From assembly GCA_964016885.1 (NCBI GenBank), contig OZ024742.1, forward strand, positions 124,868,001 through 124,932,000: 64,000 nucleotides of DNA, in the 5' to 3' direction. The position numbers and the translations under genes are program-made. The notes beneath the pieces are model-generated. The model was not told the DNA's origin. It made no database searches and saw only the letters and a program-made list of their open reading frames with translations. This document shows, piece by piece, positions 13,836 to 28,139 of this stretch (position 1 is the first letter of the stretch; each line of letters begins with the position of its first letter). Origin of the DNA: Eledone cirrhosa. Taxonomy: Eukaryota.

Positions 13836-14381
13836 ATCAATAAAGCCTAATTATAATCTAACCACAGATATCAATAGCCAGTAGGTACAGAAAATGTTTA
13901 CATTTTAAAAAGAATTTGAAATGATGCCATTATGAATAGAAAAGCGATGTTGCTCAACGACAGAAACCACCCTAGCACATTACTATAGAAACTAATAAGA
14001 AACATTTTTATATGATAAATATAAGAGAAAAATATAAACTTGATAAATATTTATAAAAATGATTTAAAAGGTAAGAAGGAAAAAATTAAGACATAAACGT
14101 ATGCATAAATACACACAGACGCACATGTATATACAAATATAGATATATACATACATGAATATATAACTATACATATATATATACACATACATTCACCTCT
14201 AGCTACAGACACATATTTAAATATACGCACGTGTATATAGATATACACCCACTTACATACACGCACACACAAATATATACACGTGTATATAGCGATACAC
14301 ACCCACTTATGCATACATAAAAACATATAAATATATACGCTCATATACACATATGTACAAATACATATACATGTATGTATG

Positions 14382-14467
<86 letters not shown>

Positions 14468-14521
14468 TAAACAAATAATGAATAAAACAATGAAACAGTT
14501 CCTTATATTAAACAAAAAAAG

Positions 14522-14676
14522 TTCATTATTTAACGATCGTTTCTAGGATATATATGTGTTAGAATTGGCATGCATATTCAACAGATCTATGTACAAAATT
14601 ATACAAAATTATACAAACTATCAAGATTAAATATACATACCAAACACACATATATGCCGTCTTCAGAAATAAAAGA
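14522..14676 (-). ncRNA. Hammerhead ribozyme (inverted-arm copy of 23051-23205)
   Basis: Reverse complement of the 23051 motif; stem I slightly altered. Confidence 0.7.
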
Positions 14677-15286
14677 AATATATTTATTGATAATAACAAC
14701 AATTCAAAATTTCAGGTCCGTTTAGGAACGGAGTTCAAATTGACCAATGAAAATACAAAAAATGTTATGCAGTTTGGTGTGTGTATATACATGTAACTAA
14801 CCTCGTACACATATTTATACAAAGATATATGCTCAACATGCATACGCATGCCAAAAAGATGTATGCAAATACAAAAATTCAAGGCTAATGTCTCTGTAAG
14901 TTTATAATCCACAGATAAAATGCGTATAGACACATAAATATGAAATAAGTGTATACACATATTCTCATACTCACACACATCCGTACACTCACACACACGC
15001 GCGCGTATGTGCATAAACATACATATAATTACGAACATACATACACACACACACACCCACACACATATATATGTGGATATAATATTATCATAAGCACATG
15101 GATATTAATTCACGCACATAAACACTGCCACACACATTTAGATCAAGATACAGAAATTAGGTAGGAGGGGGGGAGAGGTCAGTATTCAACGGTTTGGGCA
15201 GACTGCTTATTTATAGATGTATCTATAAACTTAGAAATAAAAAGAAAAGAAAAGAAAAAGAAAAAAGAAAAAAGAAATATATCAAG

Positions 15287-15326
<40 letters not shown>

Positions 15327-15797
15327 TACACATACAACACACACACACATATATAAACATATACATATATATATATACACACATATACACACATACATAT
15401 ATATATATATATACACATATATATACTCATATATACACACACACATATATACACACACATATATATACACATACACGTACATATACATACACATACATAC
15501 TTATATACATACAGACATACACATACATACATATATATACACACATATACATACAGACATACATACATACATACACACATACACACATACATACACACAC
15601 ATACATACTCATACATAGACATAGATATATATTCACACACACATACGCACTTACATATACGCATATATACAAATACTTACGCATCCATATATCGGTATAT
15701 ACATACAAACACCACTACACTCTCACACAACTCAGACATACAAAGAAAAAGGTATATACATATACACATATACACATACAAATAGAGATACATATAC

Positions 15798-15830
<33 letters not shown>

Positions 15831-16025
15831 CATACATATATACACATATATATATATACACATACATACATGTACACACACATACACATACATACATACA
15901 CACATACACACATACATATATAGTCACACACACACACACACCTACACAAACATACACATACACATATATAAAGATATATATACACACACATACACACACA
16001 CACATATATATATATAATAAACATA

Positions 16026-16057
<32 letters not shown>

Positions 16058-18293
16058 CACATATACATACACATATACGTACATACATACACATACATAC
16101 ATACATATACACACATATATATATATATATACACATACACACATACATACATACACACACACATACATACACACACATACATACTCATACATAGACATAG
16201 ATATATATTCACACACACATACGCACTTACATATACGCATATATACAAATACATACGCATCCATATATGCGTATATACATACAAACACCACTACACTCTC
16301 ACACAACTCAGACATACAAAGAAAAAGGTATATACATATACATATATACACACATTAATAGAGATACATATACACATATATATATATATATACACATACA
16401 TATATATATATATACCCACACACACATACAACCATAAACACACATAAAAATACATACATACACACATATATACATATATATACACACACACAAAAACACA
16501 CATACACATATATATTTTTACATATATATATATATATATACATATACACACCTTCACATATATACATATACACATAAGTTATAAATAATATATATATATA
16601 CACATACAAATATATATATACACACATAGACATACATATATATATATACACACACACACACACACTCACATATATATGTGCGCAGACGTACATATATACA
16701 CATACACACATATACACATAAACATATACATGTGCATACATGTACATACACACATATACCCACATAGATACGAAGATACACATATATATAGAGAGACATA
16801 CATATACATACACATATATGCATACACATACATACACACATATATATATACACACACATACACGCCCACACACATATACACATATACACATATATATATA
16901 TATATATATACACATATATATACATGCATATATACATATATATATATATATACATATATATATACACACAATCATACATTCTTATTTGCATGCGCATATA
17001 TGTATTTTTATACTCAGATATAAACATCCAAACATATATACACCTACCTACATATATATTCATACATACACGCTTACAAAAACAGATGATAATAGTATGG
17101 GAGAAAGGGGGGGGGGTGGAGAAGGGGATTATAGTAAATATATGTTTCAAGAAACATAGAATATTAATCTGTATTTGGATCTCAAAATATGTTTTTACAT
17201 AGTTTCAGTGTTAGGAAATGCAAGAAATAAGGCAAAATTATGCATTTCAAAATAAGTATACCATTAATTATATGTTAACTAAACTAAAGATAGTTAACAT
17301 ATTGATTTCTAAGGTGTAAATTAGTTAGGTTTATAATATTTGAAGCAGAATTTTGAAGTTAAATAGTAGTAGAGTATTAATTATAGTATAACTAAGTTAA
17401 AGTTATTAACGTTATGGTATCTATATTAGGAAATGAATTTAGTAATAGGGAAAAAACAAATAAAGTATTACATCGGTAGTAGAATATAAATTATAGGTTA
17501 ACTAAATTAAAAATTATATATTAATTTCTATAGTATATGTTAATTAGGTATATAATAAATAAAACAGATATTGTATTTTATCAATAGCAGAATATAATTA
17601 TATGCAAATAGAAATCAAAATTAATACATATACATATACATATACATACACATATATATATATATATACACATACACATATATATACATACATACACATA
17701 CATATACATACATACATATACATATTTTTTCAAAAATTGCAAAGAATATATTAACTAGGTATACATCCAAAACACATCCCATTCTATGATTACATGACAC
17801 TCTGCAATCCGTCTGTATTAGGATACTAATTTTAAGCCAATTAAATTAAATTTTTAGGTTGACTAAATTTAAAACCAAATTATAAATATATTTCTAAAAT
17901 GTATATTAATTAGGTCTATAATACTAAAAATTAATTCTCTGTCATTGGATACACGATATTTTGTTATATTTTATCTGTAAAGGAATTTTAATAAAGGGTT
18001 AAATAAATTAAAATTAATCTATAAATTAAATTACTAAGTATATATTAGTAATATTTAAAGGTTTTTCACAATTTATGATTACACAATATTTTATATTCTC
18101 ATCTGTAGTAGAATTTTAATTAAATTAAATTTATAGGTTAACTAACATTTAAATTAAATTATATATTAATTTCTAAAATAATGTTATTAATTAGGTTTAT
18201 AATATTTAAATGTTTTTTTTAGTTTATGATTACACGATATAATTAATTCCTGTCGTTTATTTAATAGGATATCCTTAGATTTCATTATTTCAA

Positions 18294-19571
18294 GTAGTAA
18301 ATTTCCTAGATATAACTTTAGATTTAGCTACGGGTATCTACCAACCTTACCATAAACCAAACCAAAACTTACATTACATACACTCACAATCTAATCACCC
18401 TAAATCTATCCTTAAAAACCTTGCATATAATATATCACTTAGAATTTCTAACCTTTCTTCTAACCAAGATGTATTTGATAAAAATGCGACCTTCTATAAC
18501 GAAGCTCTAGATAGAAGTGGCCACAAAAATAGATTAGAATATATACCTTCTACTAAAAATACTAAAAGCATACAACCTAATATTACCAACAAACACCAAA
18601 TGAAAAGTACACACCTAAATGCCACCCACACTATACCCCAAAATACCAAATCTTCTAATATAAAATATAGTAACTCTCAAAAAACTACTCATCATACAAC
18701 TCTAATAAATATTAATAATAAAACTCCTAATAAAAAAGATAAAACACCTAAATCTACAAATATAACTAAAAATGGTTGTGGTGAGATCATTAACATTAAT
18801 CCTCCTAGTAAACATCACGATACAACCTATAAAAATAATAAAAATAATAAACAACATAGAAACCGTAATAGACGGGTTACTTGGTATAATGCTCCATTTA
18901 ATTTACAAATTAAGGATAATATTGCTAAAAAATTTTTTTATACCCTAGAGAAAAACTTCCCGCCAAACCACAAATACCATCAAATCTTAAATAGGTCTAC
19001 AGTTAAATTCTCATACTCAACAACAAATAACATAAAACAAAATATAAGTGCCTATAATGCATATAAATGTAAGAAAACCATAAGTATACCACCAATACAT
19101 CAAATTAACCATAATATCTCTTCAAATACAGAATTAACGAAAGGTTGTAACTGTAGAAACAAAGCAAACTGCCCATTAAAAGGGAATTGTCTTGTTAACA
19201 ACATAGTCTATAAATGTAATGTTAAAACTAAAGATTCTATTTGCTCATATATAGGAGCTACTTCTAACAATTTTAAGACAAGGTTTAATACCCACAAGCA
19301 TAGTTTTAAAAATGCCGCACTGGCTAATACAACATCTCTAGCAGAAAAAATCAATAGTTATAAAAATAAGAATATAGAATATGATTTGACCTGGAGTGTG
19401 CTCAAAAGAGCCACCCCTTATCAAAATAATAGAAATGAATGTAGATTATGTTCCCAAGAACTATTTGAAATAATGAAATCTAAGGATATCCTATTAAATA
19501 AACGACAGGAATTAATTATATCGTGTAATCATAAACTAAAAAAAACATTTAAATATTATAAACCTAATTAA
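18294..19571 (+). CDS. Open 3' part of PLE polyprotein: RT thumb, linker, CxCx5Cx5C motif and GIY-YIG endonuclease (5'-truncated)
   Basis: Frame is open from VVNFLDITLDL (18294) through ORF 18600-19571: RRVTWYNAPF, CNCRNKANCPLKGNC, IVYKC..YIGATSNNFKTRFNTHKHSF, CRLCSQE, LLNKRQE. Confidence 0.88.
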   Translation, partial: VVNFLDITLDLATGIYQPYHKPNQNLHYIHSQSNHPKSILKNLAYNISLRISNLSSNQDVFDKNATFYNEALDRSGHKNRLEYIPSTKNTKSIQPNITNKHQMKSTHLNATHTIPQNTKSSNIKYSNSQKTTHHTTLININNKTPNKKDKTPKSTNITKNGCGEIININPPSKHHDTTYKNNKNNKQHRNRNRRVTWYNAPFNLQIKDNIAKKFFYTLEKNFPPNHKYHQILNRSTVKFSYSTTNNIKQNISAYNAYKCKKTISIPPIHQINHNISSNTELTKGCNCRNKANCPLKGNCLVNNIVYKCNVKTKDSICSYIGATSNNFKTRFNTHKHSFKNAALANTTSLAEKINSYKNKNIEYDLTWSVLKRATPYQNNRNECRLCSQELFEIMKSKDILLNKRQELIISCNHKLKKTFKYYKPN

Positions 19572-20769
19572 TAACATTATTTTAGAAAGATGAGAATATA
19601 AAATATTGTGTAATCATAAATTGTGAAAAACCTTTAAATATTACTAATATATACTTAGTAATTTAATTTATAGATTAATTTTAATTTATTTAACCCTTTA
19701 TTAAAATTCCTTTACAGATAAAATATAACAAAATATCGTGTATCCAATGACAGAGAATTAATTTTTAGTATTATAGACCTAATTAATATACATTTTAGAA
19801 ATATATTTATAATTTGGTTTTAAATTTAGTCAACCTAAAAATTTAATTTAATTGGCTTAAAATTAGTATCCTAATACAGACGGATTGCAGAGTGTCATGT
19901 AATCATAGAATGGGATGTGTTTTGGATGTATACCTAGTTAATATATTCTTTGCAATTTTTGAAAAAATATGTATATGTATGTATGTATATGTATGTGTAT
20001 GTATGTATATATATGTGTATGTGTATATATATATATATATGTGTATGTATATGTATATGTATATGTATTAATTTTGATTTCTATTTGCATATAATTATAT
20101 TCTGCTATTGATAAAATACAATATCTGTTTTATTTATTATATACCTAATTAACATATACTATAGAAATTAATATATAATTTTTAATTTAGTTAACCTATA
20201 ATTTATATTCTACTACCGATGTAATACTTTATTTGTTTTTTCCCTATTACTAAATTCATTTCCTAATATAGATACCATAACGTTAATAACTTTAATTTAG
20301 TTATACTATAATTAATACTCTACTACTATTTAACTTCAAAATTCTGCTTCAAATATTATAAACCTAACTAATTTACACCTTAGAAATCAATATGTTAACT
20401 ATCTTTAGTTTAGTTAACATATAATTAATGGTATACTTATTTTGAAATGCATAATTTTGCCTTATTTCTTCCATTTCCTAACACTGAAACTATGTAAAAA
20501 CATATATTGAGATCCAAATACAGATTAATATTCTATGTTTCTTGAAACATATATTTACTATAATCCCCTTCTCCACCCCCTTTTCCCCCATACTATTATC
20601 ATCTGTTTTTGTAAGCGTGTATGTATGAATATATATGTAGGTAGGTGTATATATGTTTGGATGTTTATATCTGAGTATAAAAATACATATATGCGCATGC
20701 AAATAAGAATGTATGATTGTGTGTATATATATATGTATATATATATATATGTGTATATATGCATGTATA

Positions 20770-20800
<31 letters not shown>

Positions 20801-21630
20801 GTGTATATGTGTATATGTGTGTGGGCGTGTATGTGTGTATATATATATGTGTGTATGTATGTGTATGCATATATGTGTATGTATATGTATGTCTCTCTAT
20901 ATATATGTGTATCTTCGTATCTATGTGGGTATATGTGTGTATGTACATGTATGCACATGTATATGTTTATGTGTATATGTGTGTATGTGTATATATGTAC
21001 GTGTGCGCACATATATATATGTGAGTGTGTGTGTGTGTGTGTATATATATATATGTATGTCTATGTGTGTATATATATATTCGTATGTGTATATATATAT
21101 ATTATTTATAACTTATGTGTATATGTATATATGTGAAGGTGTGTATATGTATATATATATATATATATGTAAAAATATATATGTGTATGTGTGTTTTTGT
21201 GTGTGTGTATATATATGTATATATGTGTGTATGTATGTATTTGTATGTGTGTTTATGGTTGTATGTGTGTGTGGGTATATATATATATATGTATGTGTAT
21301 ATCTATATATATATGTGTATATGTATCTCTTTTAATGTGTGTATATATGTATATGTATATACCTTTTTCTTTGTATGTCTGAGTTGTGTGAGAGTGTAGT
21401 GGTGTTTGTATGTATATACGCATATATGGATGCGTATGTATTTGTATATATGCGTATATGTAAGTGCGTATGTGTGTGTGAATATATATCTATGTCTATG
21501 TATGAGTATGTATGTGTGTGTATGTATGTGTGTGTGTATGTATGTATGTGTGTATGTGTGTATATATATATATGTGTGTATATGTATGTATGTATGTGTA
21601 TGTATGTACGTATATGTGTATGTATATGTG

Positions 21631-21662
<32 letters not shown>

Positions 21663-21860
21663 TATGTTTATTATATATATATATGTGTGTGTGTGTATGT
21701 GTGTGTATATATATCTTTATATATGTGTATGTGTATGTTTGTGTAGGTGTGTGTGTGTGTGTGACTATATATGTATGTGTGTATGTGTGTATGTATGTAT
21801 GTGTATGTGTGTGTACATGTATGTATGTGTATATATATATATGTGTATATATGTATGTTA

Positions 21861-21891
<31 letters not shown>

Positions 21892-22381
21892 TGTATATGT
21901 ATCTCTATTTGTATGTGTATATGTGTATATGTATATACCTTTTTCTTTGTATGTCTGAGTTGTGTGAGAGTGTAGTGGTGTTTGTATGTATATACCGATA
22001 TATGGATGCGTAAGTATTTGTATATATGCGTATATGTAAGTGCGTATGTGTGTGTGAATATATATCTATGTCTATGTATGAGTATGTATGTGTGTGTATG
22101 TATGTGTGTATGTGTGTATGTATGTATGTATGTCTGTATGTATATGTGTGTATATATATGTGTGTATATATATGTATGTATGTGTATGTCTGTATGTATA
22201 TAAGTATGTATGTGTATGTATATGTACGTGTATGTGTATATATATGTGTGTGTATATATGTGTGTGTGTATATATGTGTATATATATGTGTATATATATA
22301 TATATATGTATGTGTGTATATGTGTGTATATATATATATGTATATGTTTATATATGTGTGTGTGTGTGTGTTGTATGTGTA

Positions 22382-22441
<60 letters not shown>

Positions 22442-23050
22442 CTTGATATATTTCTTTTTTCTTTTTTCTTTTTCTTTTCTTTTCTTTTTATTTCTAAGTT
22501 TATAGATACATCTATAAATAAGCAGTCTGCCCAAACCGTTGAATACTCACCTCTCCCCCCCTCCCACCTAATTTCTGTATCTTGATCTAAATGTGTGTGG
22601 CAGTGTTTATGTGCGTGAATTAATATCCATGTGCTTATGATAATATTATATCCACATATATATGTGTGTGGGGGTGTGTGTGTGTATGTATGTTCGTAAT
22701 TATATGTATGTTTATGCATATACGCGCGCCTGTGTGTGAGTGTACGGATGTGTGTGAGTATGAGAATATGTGTATACACTTATTTCATATTTATGTGTCT
22801 ATACGCATTTTATCTGTGGATTATAAACTTACAGAGACATTAGCCTTGAATTTTTGTATTTGCATACATCTTTTTGGCATGCGTATGCATGTTGAGCATA
22901 TATCTTTGTATAAATATGTGTACGAGGTTAGTTACATGTATATACACACACCAAACTGCATAACATTTTTTGTATTTTCATTGGTCAATTTGAACTCCGT
23001 TCCCAAACGGACCTGAAATTTTGAATTGTTGTTATTATCAATAAATATAT

Positions 23051-23205
23051 TTCATTATTTCTGAAGACGGCATATATGTGTGTTTGGTATGTATATTTAA
23101 TCTTGATAGTTTGTATAATTTTGTATAATTTTGTACATAGATCTGTTGAATATGCATGCCAATTCTAACACATATATATCCTAGAAACGATCGTTAAATA
23201 ATGAA
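23051..23205 (+). ncRNA. Hammerhead ribozyme with ~110-nt extended stem II
   Basis: ttcattattt CTGAAGA cggcatatatgtgt...acacatatatatccta GAAAC GATC GTT aaataatgaa; perfect 10-bp stem I; palindromic stem III. Confidence 0.8.
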
Positions 23206-23398
23206 CTTTTTTTGTTTAATATAAGGAACTGTTTCATTGTTTTATTCATTATTTGTTTAATATTTTATCTTGACTCTGTATTCCGTTTATCTTTCACCGA
23301 AAGTGATTTTTCATTACATCTCTTCTTTCCATGATATCCGGAATACATTGAGTTCTTCATACGGATTGGACACTACCGTAAACTCTTGGTAGATTTAT

Positions 23399-23429
<31 letters not shown>

Positions 23430-23970
23430 GGTAAACGGAATAGAAAATGCTGACAAATTGTTCACAGTGAAAAATAGTTTAATTAGGAATAAGTGATAAT
23501 TAGTAATAGTATTGGTTAGTATTAAGTTTTGGTTTTAAGTTTTACCGGTTGCGCATTTCTAATGCTTTTCAAAAATAATTTTGAGATAGAGCGTCCGTGA
23601 TGTTTGCTCTGATTTGTATATATATATATATATACGTATGTATATGTAGTATATATGAACATATCAGGTCAGGTACAGTGACCATTTTAAAATGTATTTT
23701 TAAAAACTTTTTATTATTTGCTAAAGCTTGATTATATATATATATATATATATCTAAATTTTCATATTCTTATATATGTATTTGTATGTGTGTGTATATA
23801 TATTTCTCTATAAATACTTTTTTATATTTATAGGTATTTGTATTTTTATATGTGGGTGTGTATATGTTTGTATGTGTTTATATGTACTTGTATATATATA
23901 TGTATATATATATATATAAATACGTATATATATATATTTATACACACATACACATATATATATATATATA

Positions 23971-24001
<31 letters not shown>

Positions 24002-24204
24002 CACACACATACAAATATATATATGAAAATATGAATTTAAAAAAATTAAAAATAAAATAGAAAGTGGTAAGCCGATAAATACAAAAATAACATTCACTCG
24101 ATTTTCTATTCATAATTGCATCATTTCCAATTTTTTTAATGTAAAAAACGTAACCGCTGGCTGTTGCTTGCTGTAGTGAGATTATAATAAGGATTTATTA
24201 GCAT

Positions 24205-24382
24205 AGGCAGTCTCGGTAGAAGGTCGGACGCCATGCTTTGCAGCACAGTTACGTCCCTTTACGGACTGAGTTCAGATCCCGCCGAGGTTAACTTTGCCTA
24301 TCATCCTTACGGCTCGATAAAATAAAGTACCTGTAATAAACTGGAATAATTGGTGGCCTTGTGCCAACAGTAGAAGCAATTA
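24205..24382 (+). mobile_element. tRNA-derived SINE (same family as 1417)
   Basis: gagttcagatcccgccgaggttaactttgcctatcatccttacgg. Confidence 0.85.
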
Positions 24383-24391
24383 TTAAATAAC

Positions 24392-24436
24392 TGGTTTTGA
24401 AAAGTCACAGGAAGGGGATAAAACGTACGTAAATCA
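24392..24436 (+). ncRNA. Hammerhead ribozyme, U3-A8 variant with G12A lesion (paralogue of 13605)
   Basis: tggtt TTGAAAA gtcac aggaag gggat AAAAC GTAC GTA aatca. Confidence 0.55.
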
Positions 24437-24496
24437 CCATTCATGTATTAAATGTCTTTGGTGTCTATTTTAATGAGTACATACATACACTCATAT

Positions 24497-25422
24497 GGAC
24501 TCCTTCTTCCTCCCGTTTGACCTGTGCGGAATTCCTTCCTTGCTCACATTTCGACTAGGTTTGATGGTCTTTATTCTCTCTCGTTCACGATTTCACCGAA
24601 CTTATATTCATGGAAATCTGGGACTTGACGCTTTCTTCCTCACTTTTCATTGCTTTACCATCTTTGTTTGTTTACACTCTCGCTCGTTCCCCTTATTTAC
24701 GTGTCCCAACGACTTTCTTTAGCCGGTGCTCGCACCAATCGGAGGTATATGGTTTTTAAAGCGATGAAATACCAATGATGGTTGGAAGATCAGTGATGAA
24801 GCACTAACTTTATTCATATGTAACCACGCAGCACGTTTGTTCTCATATTCACACATATATTTTCCCCCGCTGTGACCCGTCTATTTCGTTCTTACTGCTT
24901 CCTCTTTCTCTGTATCTTTACCCTCTCTAACAGTCACTCTCTCTGTTAGCCTCTTCCTCACCCTTCACTCACTCACTCTCTGCTACCACTTCCTCACGTT
25001 TGACCTGTGCTTAATTCTTTTCTCTCGCACGCTTGGCCAGGCTGGTTCCTCTTTTCTCTCTCACGTCTACGATTTTACAGAACTTATGTTCACCGAATTC
25101 ACGGACTGGACTCCTTCTTCCTCCCGTTGAACTGTGCGGAATTCCTTCCTTGCTCACATTTCGATTAGGTTTGATGGTCTTTATTCTCTCTCGTTCACGA
25201 TTTCACCGAACTTATATTCATGGAAATCTGTGACTTGCATCTTTCTTCCTCACTTTTCGTTGCTTTACCATCTTTGTTTGTTTACACTCTCGCTCGTTCC
25301 CCTTATTTACGTGTCCCAACGACTTTCTTTAGCTGTTGCTCGCACCAACCAGAGGTATATGGTTTTTAAAGCGATGATACCAATGATGGTTGGAAGATCA
25401 CTGATGAAGGTCTAACTTTATC
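24497..25422 (+). repeat. ~320-bp direct repeat (24497-24815 / 25108-25422), unclassified
   Basis: ggactccttcttcctcccgtt...gatggttggaagatca.tgatgaag occurs twice; a partial internal copy lies at about 25000-25100. Confidence 0.8.
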
Positions 25423-25434
25423 CATATATATATA

Positions 25435-25996
<562 letters not shown>

Positions 25997-26039
25997 TAAC
26001 AGGTTTTTAGCGTGATCTGGCCGTAAATGATATACATAT

Positions 26040-26480
26040 ATAAGCTGGTGCATCCACCTTCGCCCGGGTAAATAGATAAGAGTAGACAGGTAGAAAAGAA
26101 AATGACTGTATTGGATGTTTTGTCTGGTTTAACAGTAAGATGTTTGACCGTAGTGCGTGTGTGTAACAAAACAAAATTCCAGTTATATCAGATTCTTCGT
26201 TGTACCATTCGTGCACATTATATGAACAGAAATTCTGAGCTTGAGATTTATTTATGGTGATAGCAAAACTGGCTCTAAGAGAGAACTGAAGACTTGAGAA
26301 TTTGAGGAAGCGATATGAGGGAGGAACCTTGGGGATAAATGCATTTCTACTTGATGATTGCCTCCAACAATAATGACCTCAAGAAGTAGTTTCATCTTCC
26401 GGTTGGTTGTAAAGCGTGTGTCATTGCATAAACTATGTTGGTCCACGTTTATCAAAAGGATGATGGAAGTTCCAAGCAAT
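26040..26480 (-). mobile_element. Decayed Helitron 3' end (PIF1-type helicase motifs plus degenerate terminal hairpin)
   Basis: Minus frames: LGTSIILLINVDQHSLCNDTRF (cf. GxPIMLLRNLD..LCNGTR), QFSLRASFAITINKSQAQ (cf. QFPLRLAFAMTINKSQGQ), KPDKTSNTV. Ends cccgggcgaaggtggatgcaccagctta. Confidence 0.75.
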
Positions 26481-26898
26481 TATATTATATGTAGATAAAG
26501 ATATAGATAATTATATATAAATATAGATATAGATAATTATAGAAAGATATAGATAATTATATAGAAATATGTTTGTGTATAGGTGTGTGTGTGCGCATGT
26601 GTGAGCGTAAACCAACATTCCTTTCGAGGACGCTGGTCACAAAAGGGAATCATCTCTGACAAGCTACGCGCAGAGTGAATCCCTCGTGGTTGATTTCCAA
26701 TCTGCTAGAAATAGCAGTCATGTTGGTTAGCATATCCGGCATGCTTTTCTCCCTGTTTGATGTTATAAAATTAGTATCAATAAACGTTCCTTGATATACC
26801 CTTATTTCATTATAATTACTTTTCGATTGTCACTGTTCGATTTTGTATGATGCGTGGGGATATCAAACCAAACAGCAAATATATATAAATAACCATGT

Positions 26899-26948
26899 CC
26901 ATTTCGAGCTGAGGATCCGCTAAGGTGAAACAATTGTTCTCGGTATGG
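26899..26948 (+). ncRNA. Hammerhead ribozyme (minimal stem II)
   Basis: cgag CTGAGGA tccgctaaggt GAAAC AATT GTT ctcg, with extension ccat/atgg. Confidence 0.7.
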
Positions 26949-28139
26949 TGAACTAACTGTTGTGTAAGCACTTCAACCTAACTCGTCTCACGGACTGAAT
27001 GTTCTACCACTACAGATATTACCTTCCAGTGTTCTACCACTATATATATATGTATATATATATATAAATTCGGGTTTCACGAGGCGCTTTTAAGCATTGT
27101 TTTAATATATGTACAAGTGATTAAAAAACCAAACATTGAATATGTATAACATTATGTACACGGTTTTATTCAGAATCCTGTGCTAATAAAGTCTTGCTAA
27201 AAGGCATGATAATTAATAGATGGTAAAGGAATTCGTGGAAGAAAACGGGCGTGTACCCCAGCTGGGAAGCTAGGGCAGAATTATTTGTAGTAGTAGAAAT
27301 AAAATCACTCGTCATAGTAGCAATAGCAGCAGATACAGTGATCGTGGTATTAGAAATAGTCACATTGATGTCCACGCCAATTTTAAATATCCATTCTAGA
27401 AGTTTTAGAAGATACCCGGCGTTTCGCTATATAAGACTCAACAAACTGGGACATACATTATGACAACATATATATATATAAATGAGTAACTGAACACGCA
27501 CACCTTTGTTTTTCTCCTCCATTTTTTCCCATTTTCCGCGTTCCTACCTCTCATCACGCTTTGCTTTCTATTTATCTCCTATTTCTAAATGTATCTTCTG
27601 AAGAAGGACCTAGTGCTCAAAAGGTTAATACTCTCTTCCTCCTATTTCAAGGGTTAAACTAATATATTTCTTCCACGCACTTTGTCATTTGTTTTTTTAT
27701 TTTTGTTATTACATTTACCTATATATATATATATGCGTATGAGTTTTAATAACAGAGGAGTATATGAAGGCATATATAAATATGATTAGGAATAATAAAC
27801 ATACAAGTGTTTTAGTATGAAAATGTCAATCTGTAACTTGATTACAGCTATCTAAGTATATTGTGAGACTGTCAGGTATGTTGGTCGGGAGTTTTATACA
27901 TCATCGCTAATAACTAATCACTCGACACCAAGATAAGAATAAGGTGAAACCTTTTTTTAGAATCGCGTTTGCATATAATTTTATCTTGAGCGTAAAGATG
28001 AATTGGCTGTAACATTGAGTACACACACACATATATATATATATATATACCTCTGATTAGTATTTTTTTTTTTTCTTGCAAGATTTCCTATCTCAAAAAA
28101 TGTGTTGAAATAGATATTGCTATAATTTGGGAGGAAGAT

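Larger units (their letters stand above)
14459..23402 (+). mobile_element. 5'-truncated Hydra-like PLE with a 3.8-kb inverted copy of its own 3' end (arms 14459-18297 / ~19460-23268, tail 23269-23402), in (TA)n
   Basis: Arms are reverse complements along their length, including the microsatellites. The central unique part encodes the RT thumb and EN. Confidence 0.92.

Noticed and set aside
18600-19571. Standalone homing endonuclease or host GIY-YIG gene
   Set aside because: The frame extends upstream into RT-thumb sequence and matches the EN of the RT-linked copy at 46.8-48.8 kb.
14459-23268. Giant inverted repeat as an assembly or read-foldback artefact
   Set aside because: The arms differ by substitutions, microsatellite lengths and a ~65-bp indel, and the layout matches smaller elements. 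Read-level confirmation is still advisable.
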